Source: Candidatus Lindowbacteria bacterium RIFCSPLOWO2_12_FULL_62_27
GTDB taxonomy: Bacteria; Lindowbacteria; 2-12-FULL-62-27
Direction of reading: 5' to 3'
Length of the DNA: 37,954 bases
NCBI GenBank assembly: GCA_001784175.1
Contig: MFPR01000028.1
Coordinates: forward strand, 1-37,954
Shown here: positions 36,066-37,954 of the stretch, piece after piece
Numbering within the stretch: position 1 is the first letter of the stretch
Layout: every line of letters starts with the position of its first letter
The notes under the pieces: model-generated
What the model was told of the DNA's origin: nothing
What the model saw: only the letters and a program-made list of their open reading frames with translations
Databases searched by the model: none
Position numbers and translations under genes: made by a program

Positions 36066-37007
36066 ATGCAGCGCGTGTTGATCGTCAAACCGAGTTCGCT
36101 CGGCGACATTGTCCATTCCCTCCCGGTGGCTGCGGCGCTCGCGCAAAGCGGCGCCGAGGTGCACTTCGCCGCCCGGCGAGAATACCGGGACCTCCTGTCC
36201 ATCTGCCCGGCGGTGCGCCGAATTCTGGAATTTCCGGGCCGCCTGGCCGGCGCGGCCGCGTTTCTCGGTGACCTGCGAAGAGAATCCTACGACGCCGTTG
36301 TCGATCTTCAAGGGCTTCTGCGGTCGGCCCTCGCAACCGCCTGCGCAAGAACGCCACGGCGAATCGGCCTTCCGGATTCGAGAGAAGGATCCGTCTTGTT
36401 TTATGACGAGGTCGTATCGTATCCGAACGGCGTAAGGCACGCCGTCGATCGATATCTGTCCGTCCTGCCGCTTTTCGGACTCCGGACTGACCCGCCGTTC
36501 AAGCCTGACTACGGGCTGGTCATCTCGACCGCCGCACAGGAGTTCGCGGCCCGGCATGTCGGCGAACCCGGATACGTGGTTTTTTCTCCCCTGACGCGCC
36601 GGCCCGCGAAACTGTGGCGGCTCGATGCGTGGGCTCGGATGGCGGAAACGCTGATCCGAACCGGCCGGCGGGTGGTCGTCGTCGGCCACGGCAAAATCGA
36701 ATGGCCTTCCCCCGAACCGGCTTGGATCAATCTCATCGGCCGGACCGACCTGCCGCAGCTTTGCGCGACGATTTCCCGCGCCCGGCTCTGCGTCACCGTC
36801 GACAGCGCTCCGATGCACCTCGCGGCGGCGCTGGCCGTCCCGGTCGTCGCGCTCTTCGGGCCGACCGACCCGGCCAAAGTCGGTCCCTACACGCGGGATC
36901 GGCTCATCCTGCGGGGAGAAGCGCCGAACCTCGCGGACCTGTCCTGCGAAGGCGTGGCGGCCGTCGTCTTGTCGGAGCTGGAAAAACGTTCAGACCGTGA
37001 CGGATGA
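36066..37007 (+). CDS. GT9 family ADP-heptose:LPS heptosyltransferase (WaaC/WaaF-like)
   Basis: VLIVKPSSLGDIVH, YDAVVDLQGLLRS, HAVDRY, DSAPMHLAAA and LFGPTDP. Confidence 0.92.
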   Translation: MQRVLIVKPSSLGDIVHSLPVAAALAQSGAEVHFAARREYRDLLSICPAVRRILEFPGRLAGAAAFLGDLRRESYDAVVDLQGLLRSALATACARTPRRIGLPDSREGSVLFYDEVVSYPNGVRHAVDRYLSVLPLFGLRTDPPFKPDYGLVISTAAQEFAARHVGEPGYVVFSPLTRRPAKLWRLDAWARMAETLIRTGRRVVVVGHGKIEWPSPEPAWINLIGRTDLPQLCATISRARLCVTVDSAPMHLAAALAVPVVALFGPTDPAKVGPYTRDRLILRGEAPNLADLSCEGVAAVVLSELEKRSDRDG

Positions 37008-37853
37008 CAGCATCCGTTCGACTTCCAGAACGCGCGCTTCATCCGCCGCCTGCCGGTAATTCACGTGGAGATTGCGCAGCATCCGCGCGAGAATTTCGTT
37101 GCTGTTGACTTCAGGAAACGGATCGAATCCCTCCGGCACTTCCCCAAGGAGAGGTCGCGCTTGCGCGGCGTTCAGAAACTGACCGCCGCCATAACAGTCA
37201 ATATAGGTGAGTCCTGAGTTCTCCCGGACGGCGAGCAGGAATCGGTTGGGCGCGCCGATGGGGAGCAAATTCAGCGTCATCCGGCGGGCGATGAGGAGCG
37301 TGAGAACGGACAGTGAGATCGGAATGCCGCGCCGGCGGTCGATCACGGCGGACAGGAAACTGTTGTCGGGATCATGATAGTTCTCTTCATTTCCCCGAAA
37401 TCCGATTTCCTCGAACAGGTACCGGCAAAGCTCTCTCGCGCTCGCGGCTGGATTTTCTCTCGCTTGCCTGCGCGGGATCGTGTCGGCCATACGGCTGGCA
37501 TAGGCATCGAGTTTGAGCTGCGACCGCCGTTCCGGCAGGTCCGGCCGGCCCCAGGCTGAGATCAGAAACGCGCCGGTCTCCAGTTCCGGCAGGACCGGTT
37601 GCGCCATCAGGGCGCAGAACCGGTCGACCGCCGAAAGCCGCAGCGCCAGCGCGATCGCGGGCGGCTGCGCCGGCGTCTCCGACGCCGACCGGGACCGAGC
37701 CTGCCAGAATTCGAGGATGGTCCGGAGATCCGCTTCGCTCATCCTCTTCAGGCTGGCTGCCAGGCTCGCGACCACGTCCGAATCGTCGTCCTGCAGCAAA
37801 CGATAAAGGGCTTCGAGTTTTTCCGGCGTCAGCCGGCCCGGTTCACGTTTCAT
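36990..37853 (-). CDS. SirB1 / transglutaminase-like (Transglut_core2) protein
   Basis: LL.DDD..V, FRGNEENYHDPDNSFL..VIDRRRGIPISLS and ILARMLRNL. ATG 37853 overlaps the upstream stop (ATGA). Confidence 0.85.
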   Translation of the reverse strand: MKREPGRLTPEKLEALYRLLQDDDSDVVASLAASLKRMSEADLRTILEFWQARSRSASETPAQPPAIALALRLSAVDRFCALMAQPVLPELETGAFLISAWGRPDLPERRSQLKLDAYASRMADTIPRRQARENPAASARELCRYLFEEIGFRGNEENYHDPDNSFLSAVIDRRRGIPISLSVLTLLIARRMTLNLLPIGAPNRFLLAVRENSGLTYIDCYGGGQFLNAAQARPLLGEVPEGFDPFPEVNSNEILARMLRNLHVNYRQAADEARVLEVERMLSSVTV

Positions 37854-37954
37854 TTCCGTGCCGCTACTTCGTCGAGGAGATTCCGCGCCGCGCTGAGAAC
37901 CTCCTCCGGCGAAATGTCCTCCAAGCATCGCGATCGCTTCGTTCCCGCACATCC
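37850..37954 (-). CDS. 3' end of a probable GT9 heptosyltransferase (RfaQ/WaaQ-like); partial and absent from the ORF track
   Basis: The reverse strand from the window end reads GCAGTKRSRCLEDISPEEVLSAARNLLDEVAARK*, which resembles the GT9 C-terminal GC...S.CL..I.P.EV helix. The TGA at 37852-37850 overlaps the next ATG. Confidence 0.65.
   Translation of the reverse strand, partial: GCAGTKRSRCLEDISPEEVLSAARNLLDEVAARK

Overview
GC-rich bacterial chromosomal segment, probably from a diderm since it carries LPS-type GT9/GT4 glycosyltransferases; I cannot assign the taxon. It has one 8-N scaffold gap. The + strand block holds a 5'-truncated cyclic beta-1,2-glucan synthase (Cgs/NdvB), clpB, an eRF1-domain-2-like small protein, a transglutaminase-like protein, an M48 peptidase with an NTF2-like tail, and a bacterial-type transketolase. 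It ends in a tightly coupled three-gene unit: small membrane ORF, 1139-aa tandem PD-(D/E)XK nuclease, and 1097-aa ComEC. The - strand block holds a Ser/Thr kinase with TPR-like repeats, a GH13 alpha-glucosidase, an SDR, a CbiM(N)QO cobalt ECF transporter and a second, animal-TKT-like transketolase. Further right are a cobalamin riboswitch ahead of a lone CbiX-like gene, a secreted hypothetical protein, bioB, GT4 and GT9 genes, a SirB1-like gene and the 3' end of another GT9. The best candidate for an undescribed system is 15865-22771. It encodes a helicase-less protein with two apparently intact RecB/AddB/Cas4-type iron-staple nuclease domains, the first split by a ~495-aa helical insertion and followed by four extra Cys. 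This sits 6 bp upstream of a ComEC whose metallo-beta-lactamase nuclease motif is erased (HxHxDH to SFNSTN). Three BoxC/REP-like hairpin repeats and several apparently leaderless promoters are also present. I saw no rRNA, tRNA, CRISPR array or transposase. All calls come from motif reading only; no database search was run.
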